From Alphaproteobacteria bacterium (GTDB taxonomy: Bacteria > Pseudomonadota > Alphaproteobacteria > MPNO01 > UBA830): 64,000 nucleotides of DNA. Location: the NCBI GenBank assembly GCA_964291215.2, contig OZ219791.1, forward strand, positions 1,728,001 through 1,792,000. Direction: 5' to 3'. How positions within the stretch are numbered: the first letter of the stretch is position 1; each line of letters opens with the position of its first letter. The translations under genes and the position numbers were made by a program. This document shows, in pieces, positions 10,048 through 19,878 of this stretch. Under the pieces are notes generated by a model. The model did no database searches, had not been told where the DNA came from, and worked only from the letters and a program-made list of their open reading frames with translations.

Positions 10048-11040
10048 ATGACGGAATACAGATTGCTGAACTATGCCGGCGCGGCGGGCGAGCCGCGGCC
10101 CGGAATTCTGGTCGATGGTTTGGTCATCGACCTTGCCGATGCCGGCGTTGCCGGCTCGACCCTGGACATGCTCGGGGGCTGGGAGTCCGCGAGCGGCGCC
10201 CTGCAACGGGTGGCCGACGGGGCCTCGTCCTCCGCCTCTTGCCCGCTGGCCGACGTGCGGCTGCTTGCGCCGGTGCTCTTCCCGTCAGCGATCTACTGTG
10301 CGGCGGCCAACTATGTCGATCACCAGAAGGAGATGTCGGGCGGCAAGATGCTCGACAAGGACGCCACCCACCCGTACTTCTTTCTCAAGGCCGGTCCGCA
10401 CTGCGTCATCGGCCCCGGCGCCGAGATTCGCCTGCCGCGGGTTTCAGACTTTATCGATTGGGAGGCAGAGCTTGCCGTGGTGATCGGCAAGCCGGCGCGC
10501 AACGTAAGTGCGGCCGATGCGCTCGACCATGTCGCCGGCTACACGATTCTCAACGACCTTTCGGCCCGGGACATGCGGCCCCGGGGGCGCAGCTTCAATG
10601 TCTACTGGTTCGCGCAGAAGAATTTCGACGGCTCGGCACCGATGGGGCCGTGGATCACGCCGGCTTCCCGGGTCGCCGATCCCCACGACATCGATATCCG
10701 GCTGTGGGTGAACGACGAACTGAAGCAGGATTCGAACACGGAGCACCTGTTCTTCAACATCAGCGAGCAGATCGAATATATCAGCGCGCGAATGACCATG
10801 CGCCCGGGCGACGTGATTGCTACCGGAACGCCGTCCGGGGTCGGCGCGCCGTATGGCGGCCGGCTCCGTGCCGGCGATACGGTTTCGATCGAACTGTCGG
10901 GCCTCGGCAGGCTGGAGAACCCGGTCGTCGACGAACAGGCGGGCCGTACGCCGATACCGGGTGCGGATGGCGCGCGCCCGCCGACGGATCCGTGCGCTCT
11001 GGCCTCTATTCCACTGCGGCGCTGCGGTCGGAGTAGTTGA
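10048..11040 (+). CDS. Fumarylacetoacetate hydrolase family protein
   Basis: DWEAELAVVIG, GYTILNDLSARD, KNFDGSAPMGP, PGDVIATGTPSGVG. Confidence 0.9.
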   Translation: MTEYRLLNYAGAAGEPRPGILVDGLVIDLADAGVAGSTLDMLGGWESASGALQRVADGASSSASCPLADVRLLAPVLFPSAIYCAAANYVDHQKEMSGGKMLDKDATHPYFFLKAGPHCVIGPGAEIRLPRVSDFIDWEAELAVVIGKPARNVSAADALDHVAGYTILNDLSARDMRPRGRSFNVYWFAQKNFDGSAPMGPWITPASRVADPHDIDIRLWVNDELKQDSNTEHLFFNISEQIEYISARMTMRPGDVIATGTPSGVGAPYGGRLRAGDTVSIELSGLGRLENPVVDEQAGRTPIPGADGARPPTDPCALASIPLRRCGRSS

Positions 11041-11380
11041 GGGTGACCGTGAAACTTCCTTCGTTCAGCAGCCAGTTCCAGATCTCGAACTCGCGCAGCC
11101 CGGCGGCGTGCAAGGGGTCACCCATTGCGATTTCGCGGGCGTGTTCGAAGGATTTGGCGCGGACGATGATCATGCCGGTGCGCGGCTTGCCCTCTTCCTC
11201 GGCCTCCATCGGCCCGGCGGCGAACAGGATTCCCTGCTTTTCAAGCTCGACCTGGCGTTCAAGATGTTTCGGCAACAGATTCCTGATTTTTTCCTGCGGC
11301 GCACAGGCGCGAGTGAAGATGACGTAGAGATCCATGCCGAGCATGTCCTTGGTGAGCGGCGACGCCGGGGCTACCACCAT
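11006..11380 (-). CDS. YciI family protein
   Basis: HLERQ..LFAAGP, GMIIVRAKSFEHAREIAMGDPLHAAGLR. Confidence 0.8.
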   Translation of the reverse strand: MVVAPASPLTKDMLGMDLYVIFTRACAPQEKIRNLLPKHLERQVELEKQGILFAAGPMEAEEEGKPRTGMIIVRAKSFEHAREIAMGDPLHAAGLREFEIWNWLLNEGSFTVTLNYSDRSAAVE

Positions 11381-11459
11381 GTCTGAACTCCCTTGGTATT
11401 TTGGCCATTGTCGCGGATAATGGCCGCGGTCCGACCGGAATCAAGCGCACAGGATTGCC

Positions 11460-11762
11460 ATGAGCCTCTACGCCGTCCAGAAACTGATCTACCAGCTCAA
11501 CCGCGACCCCGGGTTTCGCGCCCGGTTTGCGGCAGACCGCGATGCGCTGCTCGAAGATTTCGACCTCTCTGCGGTGGAGACGGAGGCAATCTGCAAGCCG
11601 GACATCGGCCTTCTCTATGTTCTGGGCGTCAACGGCCAGCTCCTCATGCACTATGCCGCGATGGTGGGGTTCGAATGGGAGGAGTACCTGCAGGCCATGC
11701 GCGACGGCGTTGCCGAGCATGGCCCGGTGCGGGCAGGCACCTACGCCATGGTGGGAGACTGA
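11460..11762 (+). CDS. LigA-like small subunit of aromatic ring-opening dioxygenase
   Basis: 100 aa, RARFAADRDALLEDFDLS..E..AI..DIGLLYVLGVN, directly upstream of LigB-like gene. Confidence 0.8.
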   Translation: MSLYAVQKLIYQLNRDPGFRARFAADRDALLEDFDLSAVETEAICKPDIGLLYVLGVNGQLLMHYAAMVGFEWEEYLQAMRDGVAEHGPVRAGTYAMVGD

Positions 11763-11765
11763 ACC

Positions 11766-12587
11766 ATGCCCCTCGTCTTCGCCGGCGTGTGCAGCCATGC
11801 CCCCGGAATAACCGGCCGTTCCGAGCGGGCTGATCCCGGAGTCCGCGACCGCCTCTACGACAATTTCGACCGCATGCGCCGCGCGATCGAGGAGTCGGGC
11901 GCCGAGGCCATCGTCGTCGTCGGGGCCGAGCATTTCGCCAATTTCTTCATGAACAACATGCCGGCCTTCTGCATGGGCATGGCCGACCGCTACGAAGGGC
12001 CGATCGAGGACGAGGAATGGCTTGGCATCGATCATGCCGACATTCCGGGAAACCCGGATCTTTCACGGCGCCTCATCGAGCGTGTCATGGAAGATGTCGA
12101 TGTCGCCTATGCCGAGGAATGGAAGTTCGATCACGGGATCATGGTTCCGCTTCACTTCGTAACTCCGCGCTACGACCTTCCCGTCATTCCCGTGAACGTC
12201 AACTGCCAAGGTCCGCCGCTGACGCCGCTGCACCGTGCCTGGGAATTTGGCAAGGCTCTGCGATCGGCCTGCGACGCGGCGCCCGAGCGCATCGCTGTCA
12301 TCGGCACCGGCGGGATTTCGCACTGGCCGGCAACCCCCGATTCGGGACGGATCAACGAGAAATGGGACCGCGAGTTTCTCGATCATCTGATCAACAACCG
12401 GCGGGACAGGCTTCTGGCCTACACCGACGGGGATGTCTATCGCGAGGCCGGGCAGGGCGGGTTCGAGATCCGGACCTTCATTGCGGTGGCCGGCGCTACC
12501 GACGGCGCTACCGGCGAGCTGTGGTTTTATGCGCCGATTCCGATCTTCGCGGTGGGCTGCACCGTTGCCGTTTTGGGGGTAAGCTGA
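11766..12587 (+). CDS. Class III extradiol dioxygenase (LigB/MhpB/CarBb family)
   Basis: SHAPG, EHFANFF, DHGIMVPL, GTGGISHWP, GGFEIRTF. Confidence 0.9.
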   Translation: MPLVFAGVCSHAPGITGRSERADPGVRDRLYDNFDRMRRAIEESGAEAIVVVGAEHFANFFMNNMPAFCMGMADRYEGPIEDEEWLGIDHADIPGNPDLSRRLIERVMEDVDVAYAEEWKFDHGIMVPLHFVTPRYDLPVIPVNVNCQGPPLTPLHRAWEFGKALRSACDAAPERIAVIGTGGISHWPATPDSGRINEKWDREFLDHLINNRRDRLLAYTDGDVYREAGQGGFEIRTFIAVAGATDGATGELWFYAPIPIFAVGCTVAVLGVS

Positions 12588-12588
12588 A

Positions 12589-13689
12589 TTGGACCAGCGA
12601 ACCAGACCGCCCTTCCGGGCGGACCATGTCGGCAGCTTTCTGAGGCCGCGGGACCTTGTCGTGGCGCGCGAACGGGTGTGGGCCGGCGATCTTCCGGCCG
12701 CGGACGCGCGGGCGATCGAGGACGCCTGTGTTCGCGACGTGGTCGCGATGCAGGAAGAGCTTGGCTTTTCGGCGGTAACCGACGGCGAATTCAGACGTGA
12801 TTACTGGCATCTCGATTTCTTGTGGGGCATGGGCGGTGTCACCCGCTGGGATGCGCAACGGCTCCCCAACTTCTCCAACGACAAGCAGCCGCCGACGGCG
12901 CGGGTCGAGGCGAAGGTGTCCAATCCCGGCGGCGTATTCACGAATATGTACCGGTTTGTCCACGGGATCACGTCGCGGGTGGGCAAGCAGACCATACCGG
13001 GTCCGGCAATGATTCATTTGCGGGCCGGCCGAGAGGCCGTCGACCCGGATGCCTATCCGGAGATGGACGACTTCTGGAGTGACTGGGTGGCAGTCTACCG
13101 CGCCGAGGTCGCTGCGCTCTATGAGGCGGGGTGCCGCTATCTCCAGATCGACGACGTGAGTTTCGCCTATCTGTGCGACGACAAGATGCGCGCGGCGTTT
13201 CGCGAGCGCGGGGACGACCCCGACCGTCTCGCCGGATTCTATGCCCGGCTTATCAATGAAGCGGTTGGTGAGCGCCCCGTCGACATGGCGGTTACCGTCC
13301 ATACCTGTCGCGGCAATTTCCAGTCGAGTTGGATGGCCGAAGGCGGTTATGAACCGGTTGCAGAGACCGTTTTCAGCAGCCTTGCAGTTGACGGCATATT
13401 CATGGAGTTTGACAGCGAACGGGCCGGTGGTTTCGAACCCCTGCGCTTTCTTTCCGAAGGGCAGGTCGCGGTTCTCGGCCTGATCACGACCAAGACTCCC
13501 GCACTGGAAGCAAAGGACGATGTGAAGCGCCGGATAGAGCAGGCGTCGCAATTCGTGCCGATCGAGAATCTCTGCCTGAGTCCGCAATGCGGGTTCGCGA
13601 GCACCCATCACGGCAATGCCGTGACGATGGACGATCAGAAACGTAAACTGTCCCTCGTCGTCGAGACGGCGAGCGAAGTGTGGGGATAA
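12589..13689 (+). CDS. Cobalamin-independent methionine synthase II-like (single-barrel MetE/YxjH family)
   Basis: RADHVGSFLRP, TDGEFRR, Zn ligands HTCRGN, EFD, SPQCGFAS. Confidence 0.9.
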   Translation: MDQRTRPPFRADHVGSFLRPRDLVVARERVWAGDLPAADARAIEDACVRDVVAMQEELGFSAVTDGEFRRDYWHLDFLWGMGGVTRWDAQRLPNFSNDKQPPTARVEAKVSNPGGVFTNMYRFVHGITSRVGKQTIPGPAMIHLRAGREAVDPDAYPEMDDFWSDWVAVYRAEVAALYEAGCRYLQIDDVSFAYLCDDKMRAAFRERGDDPDRLAGFYARLINEAVGERPVDMAVTVHTCRGNFQSSWMAEGGYEPVAETVFSSLAVDGIFMEFDSERAGGFEPLRFLSEGQVAVLGLITTKTPALEAKDDVKRRIEQASQFVPIENLCLSPQCGFASTHHGNAVTMDDQKRKLSLVVETASEVWG

Positions 13690-13856
13690 ACGTCAGGAGG
13701 CCCTTGCAAAATTCTCGCATCGGCTGAATGAAACACAATATAGAGCCTGATGCGAATCGCGGCCTCCATATATGGAACGCTTGTGGCCCACATCCGACTT
13801 TTGCAAGATGCTCGTCAGCATTTACGGCGCGGGGTTGCTGGCAACCGTATCGGTTA

Positions 13857-14717
13857 TCACGCGACCTCGTCGATCACGCTATTGCCGAGAACGCCGATCC
13901 CTGAAACCTCAACCTCGATCCTGTCGCCCGGAATCATCCAGCGGGGAGGATCGAACCGCACACCGGCCCCTGTTGGCGTTCCGGTCGAAATGATGTCGCC
14001 ACGCTGCAGCGTCATGAAGGTCGAGATGTAGCTGATCAGATAGGAAAAATCGAAAATCAGGCGCGCGGTCGTATCTTCCTGGCGCACCTCGCCATTGACG
14101 CGGGTCTGGAGGTGAAGGTCGTCATACCCGTCGAATTCGTCGGCGGTCACCATCCACGGGCCAATTGCGCCGGAGCGATCGAAGTTCTTGCCTTGGGTAA
14201 CATTGAACTTGGCGTGGCGGGTCCAGTCCCGGACCGTGCCTTCGTTCAGGCACGTCAGCGCGCCAATATGGGCGAGCGCCTTCTCGCGAGGAATCCGTCG
14301 TCCTCCTTCGCCAAGGATGATCGCTATCTCGCCTTCGTAATCCAGCTTGTCAGATTCCAGCGGCCGCACAAGCGGCGTGTCATGTCCGACGAAGGAGTCA
14401 TGCGTTCTGAAAAACAGGCCGGGATAGGTCGAGGGATCCGAATTGTCCTTGTACTCCTCATTGCGGTCACGGTAGTTGATGCCGACACAAAGGATTCGCG
14501 CAGCCGGCGCGACGGGAATCAGGAGCGTCACGTCATCCAGCGCGTGACGGGCGCTGCTGCCCGCGACGATCTCTTCCGCTTCGGTTCTTCGCTCTGGATC
14601 GAACAGGTCGTCGAGCTCTTGAACGCCTTCGATCCGTCCAGCGAGATCAACGATTCCGTCCTCTTTCACGGCGCCAAAGGATGTCCTGCCGTCAGCTTCA
14701 TAGGCTGCGATCTTCAT
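13857..14717 (-). CDS. Fumarylacetoacetate hydrolase family protein (second paralog)
   Basis: CVGINY, LDYEGEIA, NEGTVRDW, GKNFDRSGAIGPW, GDIISTGTPTGAG. Confidence 0.9.
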   Translation of the reverse strand: MKIAAYEADGRTSFGAVKEDGIVDLAGRIEGVQELDDLFDPERRTEAEEIVAGSSARHALDDVTLLIPVAPAARILCVGINYRDRNEEYKDNSDPSTYPGLFFRTHDSFVGHDTPLVRPLESDKLDYEGEIAIILGEGGRRIPREKALAHIGALTCLNEGTVRDWTRHAKFNVTQGKNFDRSGAIGPWMVTADEFDGYDDLHLQTRVNGEVRQEDTTARLIFDFSYLISYISTFMTLQRGDIISTGTPTGAGVRFDPPRWMIPGDRIEVEVSGIGVLGNSVIDEVA

Positions 14718-14907
14718 GTCTTTCCGTCCTGTAGTCTTGTCGGTTGGGCTGGGTAGACGAGTTGCCGGCGAGCTTGGCTGGGCAGTTCAGTATAATCCAT
14801 TCCGTCACTCCTGTAAGGCCAGCCGGGCTAGCGGATTATCGACATCATGCCTGACCACTTGGTGTCGAGCGTCGATGGCTCGGGCTGACGCCGCACCGAG
14901 GCGGTCG

Positions 14908-16320
14908 TCAGGCGGGTTTCGTATCGGTCAGGGGCGGCCTGGCGGGGTTTACCGCGACGACTTTCTCGGCCTGCATTCCCTCGATCCAGCGGCCCAGGCT
15001 GCGGTGGTCGCAGACCAGGTCCGTCCCGGTTTCCGAAGGCATCGATCCGGGTGGGAAGGCGGTGTGGTTGTTGATCAGTACGCTACGCGCCGCAAGGGCG
15101 TCAGCAATCTCGATAGCGGTGCCGATGTCCCGGGCCAGAACGGCTGCCCGCTCCGCCGGCGGACCGTCGACGCGCGTCAGCATGTCATCAGGCTTGAACC
15201 ACGGAATGACGCACACCGCGGGACCGGACGCCATTTCCATCAGCAGCCGGGATCGTGGCGGAGGGTTGAAAATGACGGTCGGAGCGTAGAGCGTATCGGT
15301 GAACTTCTGGCCTCCGGTGAGCAGCTGACCGCCGCCGTCGACGGCCTCTTGCACCAGTTCGCTGATGCGGTCCGCGGCGGCCGGCCGGATGAGCGGGCCG
15401 ATCTCGGTGTCTTTCCGGGCCGGGTCGCCGATGCGGATGCCGGAAGCCTTCATTGCCAGCTGGGTGGCGAGACGCGTGGCGATGCGCGTGTGCGCGTAGA
15501 TCCTTTGAATCGAGCCATGCATCTGCCCGGCATGCCGGAAACACCCGCGCAGCAGTATCTCGCGTGCCTCGTAGACATCAATATCGCCGGCCACGACCGA
15601 CGGAACTCCGGCTCCCCGTTTCGCCGCATCGGGCCCGGTAGAGCCTCCGCGCGCCGCGCGCGGAGGAAGAACTGCAAGCGGATTCCGGGCGAGTTGGGCG
15701 GCCGCCTCGTTATCGTCGGTTATGACCGTCTGGATCCAGTTTTCCGGCAAACCTGCCTCTACTAGGATTTCTGCAAAGGCGATGCAGGATAGCGGCGTAT
15801 CCGGCGCCGGCAGCATTATCGCCGGACACCCGGCAGCGATCGCCGCCGCGGCCTGGCGGACGATGGATCCGAGCGGATCGCGAAAACAGCCTTGGGCGAC
15901 AACCACCCCGGCGGGCACCGTGCTTGTCGCAACGATATGTGTGTCGTCGCCGGCGAGCGCCGCTGCGGGACCGCTCCGGTCCGAGGGGGACAGGGCAGCA
16001 GCCGCGCATGTGCGAACGTGATCGATCGCGAGGCGGACCTCGGCCAGAGCCTCCCGGTATGGCTTGCCGCTTTCCCGCGTGATGCATGCTGAGAGTTCCG
16101 CAAGCTGGGACTCCAAGAGCCTCGCGGCATGTTCGAGAATCCCGAACCGCCGTTCCCGCGCCAGCCGCCGGCTGCGGTTCCGGTAGAGGTCGGCCGCCAG
16201 GAAGAGCGCTTGATCGGCGTCGACCGCACTCTGGCGGGCGAGCGTGCCTATGGTCGACTGGTCGAAGGGATTCTTGACGATGAGCGGGATGTTAGGGGAA
16301 TGGGCAGCGGCTTCGAGCAT
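14908..16320 (-). CDS. Aldehyde dehydrogenase-like protein with degenerate active site
   Basis: ALDH scaffold (ESGKP, AAGCP, GDP..TEIGPLI, YAPTV) but GQMH replaces GQxC, and the FTGS/ELGG region is unrecognisable. Confidence 0.7.
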   Translation of the reverse strand: MLEAAAHSPNIPLIVKNPFDQSTIGTLARQSAVDADQALFLAADLYRNRSRRLARERRFGILEHAARLLESQLAELSACITRESGKPYREALAEVRLAIDHVRTCAAAALSPSDRSGPAAALAGDDTHIVATSTVPAGVVVAQGCFRDPLGSIVRQAAAAIAAGCPAIMLPAPDTPLSCIAFAEILVEAGLPENWIQTVITDDNEAAAQLARNPLAVLPPRAARGGSTGPDAAKRGAGVPSVVAGDIDVYEAREILLRGCFRHAGQMHGSIQRIYAHTRIATRLATQLAMKASGIRIGDPARKDTEIGPLIRPAAADRISELVQEAVDGGGQLLTGGQKFTDTLYAPTVIFNPPPRSRLLMEMASGPAVCVIPWFKPDDMLTRVDGPPAERAAVLARDIGTAIEIADALAARSVLINNHTAFPPGSMPSETGTDLVCDHRSLGRWIEGMQAEKVVAVNPARPPLTDTKPA

Positions 16321-16694
16321 CGGTTCGGCAAGGAGTATTCGGGATTCGGGTTGGTTGATGATGACAATAGTGCGGTAATGCCGGTGGTCCACCGTTGCTG
16401 CTGCGGACAGGTTCCGGACGGTACTGACCGACCGTTGCTACATTGTGACGGCCAATCAGCGGCGCTGCAATCGGTCCCTGAACTCGATCGGATCCGATCG
16501 GGGCAAGGGGCGATGTGCGGGTCCTGAGCCCGGAAGCGCCGGCGATGCAGACAGACGGCGGGTGCTACTGGTCCGCTATCTGTTGAGTTCCGAGCGGCGA
16601 ATGGGCAAGTTTTACCCGCGCAACACGGCCTCACCCGGCGGGACTGTTTGACGGTTCACGGCCCGGGGTCGGGCTCGACACGGATGGTGCGGCC

Positions 16695-17156
16695 ATGAAA
16701 CTTCCGGATGACGCATTCACGGTAACGAGAGAGATTCGCTTCTCCGAGTCGGATCCGGCCGGAATAGTTTTCTTTGCAGAGTTCTTCCGCATGTTCAACG
16801 ACCTGTTCGAAGACTGGCTGGTCAAGCGCCTCGGCATAGACTTTGCCCGTCAGTTCCGGGTTGAGGAGCGCATGTTTCCGCTGATGCATGTGTCGGCCGA
16901 TTTCAAGGAAGGACGGATGATGGGTCAGTCCATCAGTCTCACTCTTCTCCTTACACGGCTCGGACGTTCGTCTATAGCCTATGACATTATCGGCCACGAC
17001 GAGGGGCGTGAAGTGTTGCGAGGATCATTCGTGAATTGCGTAGCGTCGAAGAAGACGATGAAGTCCATCGAAATCCCTCCGGAAATCCGGATTCCGATGG
17101 AAGCCTATCTCGAAACCTGCGGCAGCTGGTCCGGAGACTCCGGCAATTCGTCATGA
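16695..17156 (+). CDS. 4HBT/YbgC-like acyl-CoA thioesterase
   Basis: IRFSESDPAGIVFF hot-dog motif. Confidence 0.85.
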   Translation: MKLPDDAFTVTREIRFSESDPAGIVFFAEFFRMFNDLFEDWLVKRLGIDFARQFRVEERMFPLMHVSADFKEGRMMGQSISLTLLLTRLGRSSIAYDIIGHDEGREVLRGSFVNCVASKKTMKSIEIPPEIRIPMEAYLETCGSWSGDSGNSS

Positions 17157-17496
17157 AGCGTGTGCAGATGTTGTGGATTTAGCTGGATCAATACTCTCTT
17201 CGGCGACGACCCGCCGGTTGCGCGCGGTCTGCGGGCGGATGGCAGGTTCTGGAGATATCGGACCGGTCTCGGCGCCGGATTGCGCACTGCTGTGGTGTCG
17301 AACACTGCTGGCGTCACATCCGCTGCAATGTCCCTGTGATGCCATGCGTTACGAAGACATCGTCCCGTGCCGTCGTCTGGCATAATTCTGCTGCCCGATA
17401 TCGGGTTCATGCCTTGAAAGGGTCTCGAAGCATGCGCCTTTACAGATGTTGGCGTTGCGTGAGATCCAGCCGGTTGAGCGATTGTGGGCTACGCCA

Positions 17497-17964
17497 TGAG
17501 GCTCTGGGCGGTATCCGATGTTCATCTCGCGCATTCCTGGAATCGGGGAGCTTTCGAAGTCTGTCCGTCATATTCCCACGACTGGCTCATTCTGGCCGGC
17601 GACATCGTCGACGGATATCACCGGTTCGATTGGTGTCTCGATTCGCTGAAGAGGAAGTTCGGACAGCTCGTACGGGGGCGACTGGAGCGCATGGCTGAGA
17701 CTCTTTGGCCACGCGCAACAATCCGCCGCCCATGGCCGGACCAGCGGTTCGCCGTCATGCACCCGAGGCCGAATGGATTAACATCCACGTCCGGATCTGC
17801 GCGGGGGGAGGGGGGCAGCAGTGCGCATTCCTACCGTAACGGCTAGGCCGGGCGGCGCCGACAAACCACGCGGTGCGGCGCTTTACGAAAAGCTTGTCGC
17901 GATTGCCTGCGATCACGGCGTTATCACGCCCGAGGACCACTACCTGAAATTCCCGCATCCCTCC
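17497..17964 (+). pseudogene. Metallophosphoesterase pseudogene, interrupted by intron remnant and truncated by MITE
   Basis: MRLWAVSDVH...DWLILAGDI, resuming at ~17841 (RGAALYEKLVAIAC..GVITPED); GNH motif missing. Confidence 0.65.
17672..17840 (+). mobile_element. Group II intron 3' remnant (maturase C-terminus, domains V-VI)
   Basis: Peptide ...WPDQRFAVMHPR followed by GCCGAATGGATTAACATCCACGTCCGGATCTG-GCGGGGGG (D5-like) and ...GCATTCCTACCGTAAC (D6, AY end). Confidence 0.7.
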
Positions 17965-18152
17965 CACGACGATCCCATGCTAATTCAGAGACGCGAAATC
18001 CGAATGCGTTGGGGCTCATCACAGATCACCTCTTTGATCGCAATTTTCGTGCCAAGAAGGCCCCATCAAGCCTTGGCGGCACGATTGCAGCGCGACGCAA
18101 ACTGAGAAAATCTCGCCAGTCGTCGCCGGATTAGCAGCGTGGGATCACCGTG
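17965..18152. mobile_element. ISAs1-type MITE, copy 2 (inverted, small internal deletion)
   Basis: Reverse complement of 1637-1829; no TSD. Confidence 0.85.
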
Positions 18153-18761
18153 GGGAAAGTCCTGGGGTTACGATCAGTGCAACTACCAGCCGTGCGGCAG
18201 CCACTTCCTGCGCGAACCGACTTTTGTCGTCGAGTCTAACCGCTTGCGTTGGCGTGGCTGATGGAGGAGCTGCTGCGCAAGGTCTGCCACAAGGTCAACC
18301 CGATCGCATCCAAGACCCTGGACGAGGCTGACTGTCGGGTTGTACGCAAACGGTACCGCACGATCCTGACCCAGGACGTCAGGGAACTGCCCGAAATCCC
18401 GCTACGCCCGAAAGGAACAGGGGGGCGCGTCGCGAGGCCCGACGCGCACAACCTGCACAAACGCCTCGAGAACCACAGGAAGTTCGTCCTGCGCTTTATG
18501 AAAGGCCCCGATGTCAGCTTCAACAACAATACCGGAGAACAGAAGATCCGAATGGTAAAGGTCAAGATCAAGGTGTCTGGATGCTTCCGCACCATGCTCC
18601 ACGCAACCGCCTGGTGCCGGAGCTCAAGCTATTTGAGCTCCATGGCGACACTCCGCTATAATCCTCTCGTCGTAATTCAGATCGCGCTCGCCCGAAAGGC
18701 CGTAGACATGATCAAGTTGCACGACGACCAATCGGACTCTAAAATAGGGGCGAGTAGTTGC
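18153..18761 (+). pseudogene. IS66-family transposase 3' remnant with right end
   Basis: VSFNNNTGEQKIRMVKVKIKVSGCFRT; end GGGCGAGTAGTTGC; homologous to 60163-61695. Confidence 0.8.
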
Positions 18762-18831
18762 AGTCGCCCATGAGTATCTTGACACATCGGGTTCTTCCAC
18801 AACAATCTGAAGGGTAGAATCGAGCCAAGAT

Positions 18832-19878
18832 ATGGATATCCCTCCAGCAATCGTCGTTAGTTCCGGACGCTGCGGTTCGACCATGCTGTCCGACATTTTG
18901 AACTCGCATCCGGATATTCTCAGCATATCCGAATTGTTCATCCTGCAGGGCCGCGCCCTGTTCCACTATCGGCGCCTGACCGGTAACGAGATGTGGAGAA
19001 TCATTAGTAAGCAGTCAAGGGCGCAGCGTCGGCAACTCGACAGCCACTCTGAAGCTCTCTTATACCCGGTAGGCACCCCGCGTGGCCGCTATGCCGGCGC
19101 GAGTATACCTCCCATTTCGTGGGTTACGCTTCCGCACATCACCGACCGGCCCGACGAGCTGCTCGATGAACTTGAGCCGGTGATTCGCTCGCAGCCGCGT
19201 CAGTATGCGGCCGATCATTATCGAGCGATGTTTTCCTGGCTACGTCGGAAGTTCGACCGAAAGGTCTGGGTGGAACGCTCGGGCGGGGCCGGGATGTATG
19301 CGCCCAGATTAGCGACAATGTTTCCCGAGGCGAAGTTCATCCACCTCTACCGCGACGGGCGCGACACCGCCATGTCGATGAAGAATCATCCCGTGTTCCG
19401 CGAAGCCATGCGCTACATCGTGACCATGAGGAAGTATGGCGTGGATGCGTTGACGCCGATGACAGGGGTCTCGGGACATGCGTTTCGAGACTGGGCGATG
19501 CTGCGCACGCAACTCCTTATCTATGTCATCTTTCTGTTCAGCAGAACCAAAGACCGGGAATTCACCCTTCCCGAATTCGGGAAATTCTGGTCGGACATAG
19601 TGGAGCTGGCGGATCGGTTTCTCGACACGCTTCCGCCGGATAGGGTTCTGCGTGTGCGGTTCGAGGACATGCAGAACGAACCGGGGAGGGAGATTGCGCG
19701 CTTGGCGCGGTTTCTCGACCCGTCTCTCGAAGATCCGGAATGGGTGAAGGAGGCGGCCCGGATTCCCCGCCCGACACGCTCGAAGCTGAGAGACCTCAAT
19801 CCTACCGAGCGCGTCGCCTTGACCGAAGCATGTCGGCCGAGCCTTGATCGCCTCGGCTATGAATTGGGGGAAACATGA
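18832..19878 (+). CDS. PAPS-dependent sulfotransferase 1
   Basis: 5'PSB loop SSGRCGSTMLSDILNSHP, WVERSG, 3'PB HLYRDGRDTAMS, VRFED; stop overlaps next start (ATGA). Confidence 0.88.
   Translation: MDIPPAIVVSSGRCGSTMLSDILNSHPDILSISELFILQGRALFHYRRLTGNEMWRIISKQSRAQRRQLDSHSEALLYPVGTPRGRYAGASIPPISWVTLPHITDRPDELLDELEPVIRSQPRQYAADHYRAMFSWLRRKFDRKVWVERSGGAGMYAPRLATMFPEAKFIHLYRDGRDTAMSMKNHPVFREAMRYIVTMRKYGVDALTPMTGVSGHAFRDWAMLRTQLLIYVIFLFSRTKDREFTLPEFGKFWSDIVELADRFLDTLPPDRVLRVRFEDMQNEPGREIARLARFLDPSLEDPEWVKEAARIPRPTRSKLRDLNPTERVALTEACRPSLDRLGYELGET

Noticed and set aside
10940-11040. FAH C-terminal tail as an extra domain
   Set aside because: Low-complexity read-through overlapping the convergent YciI gene
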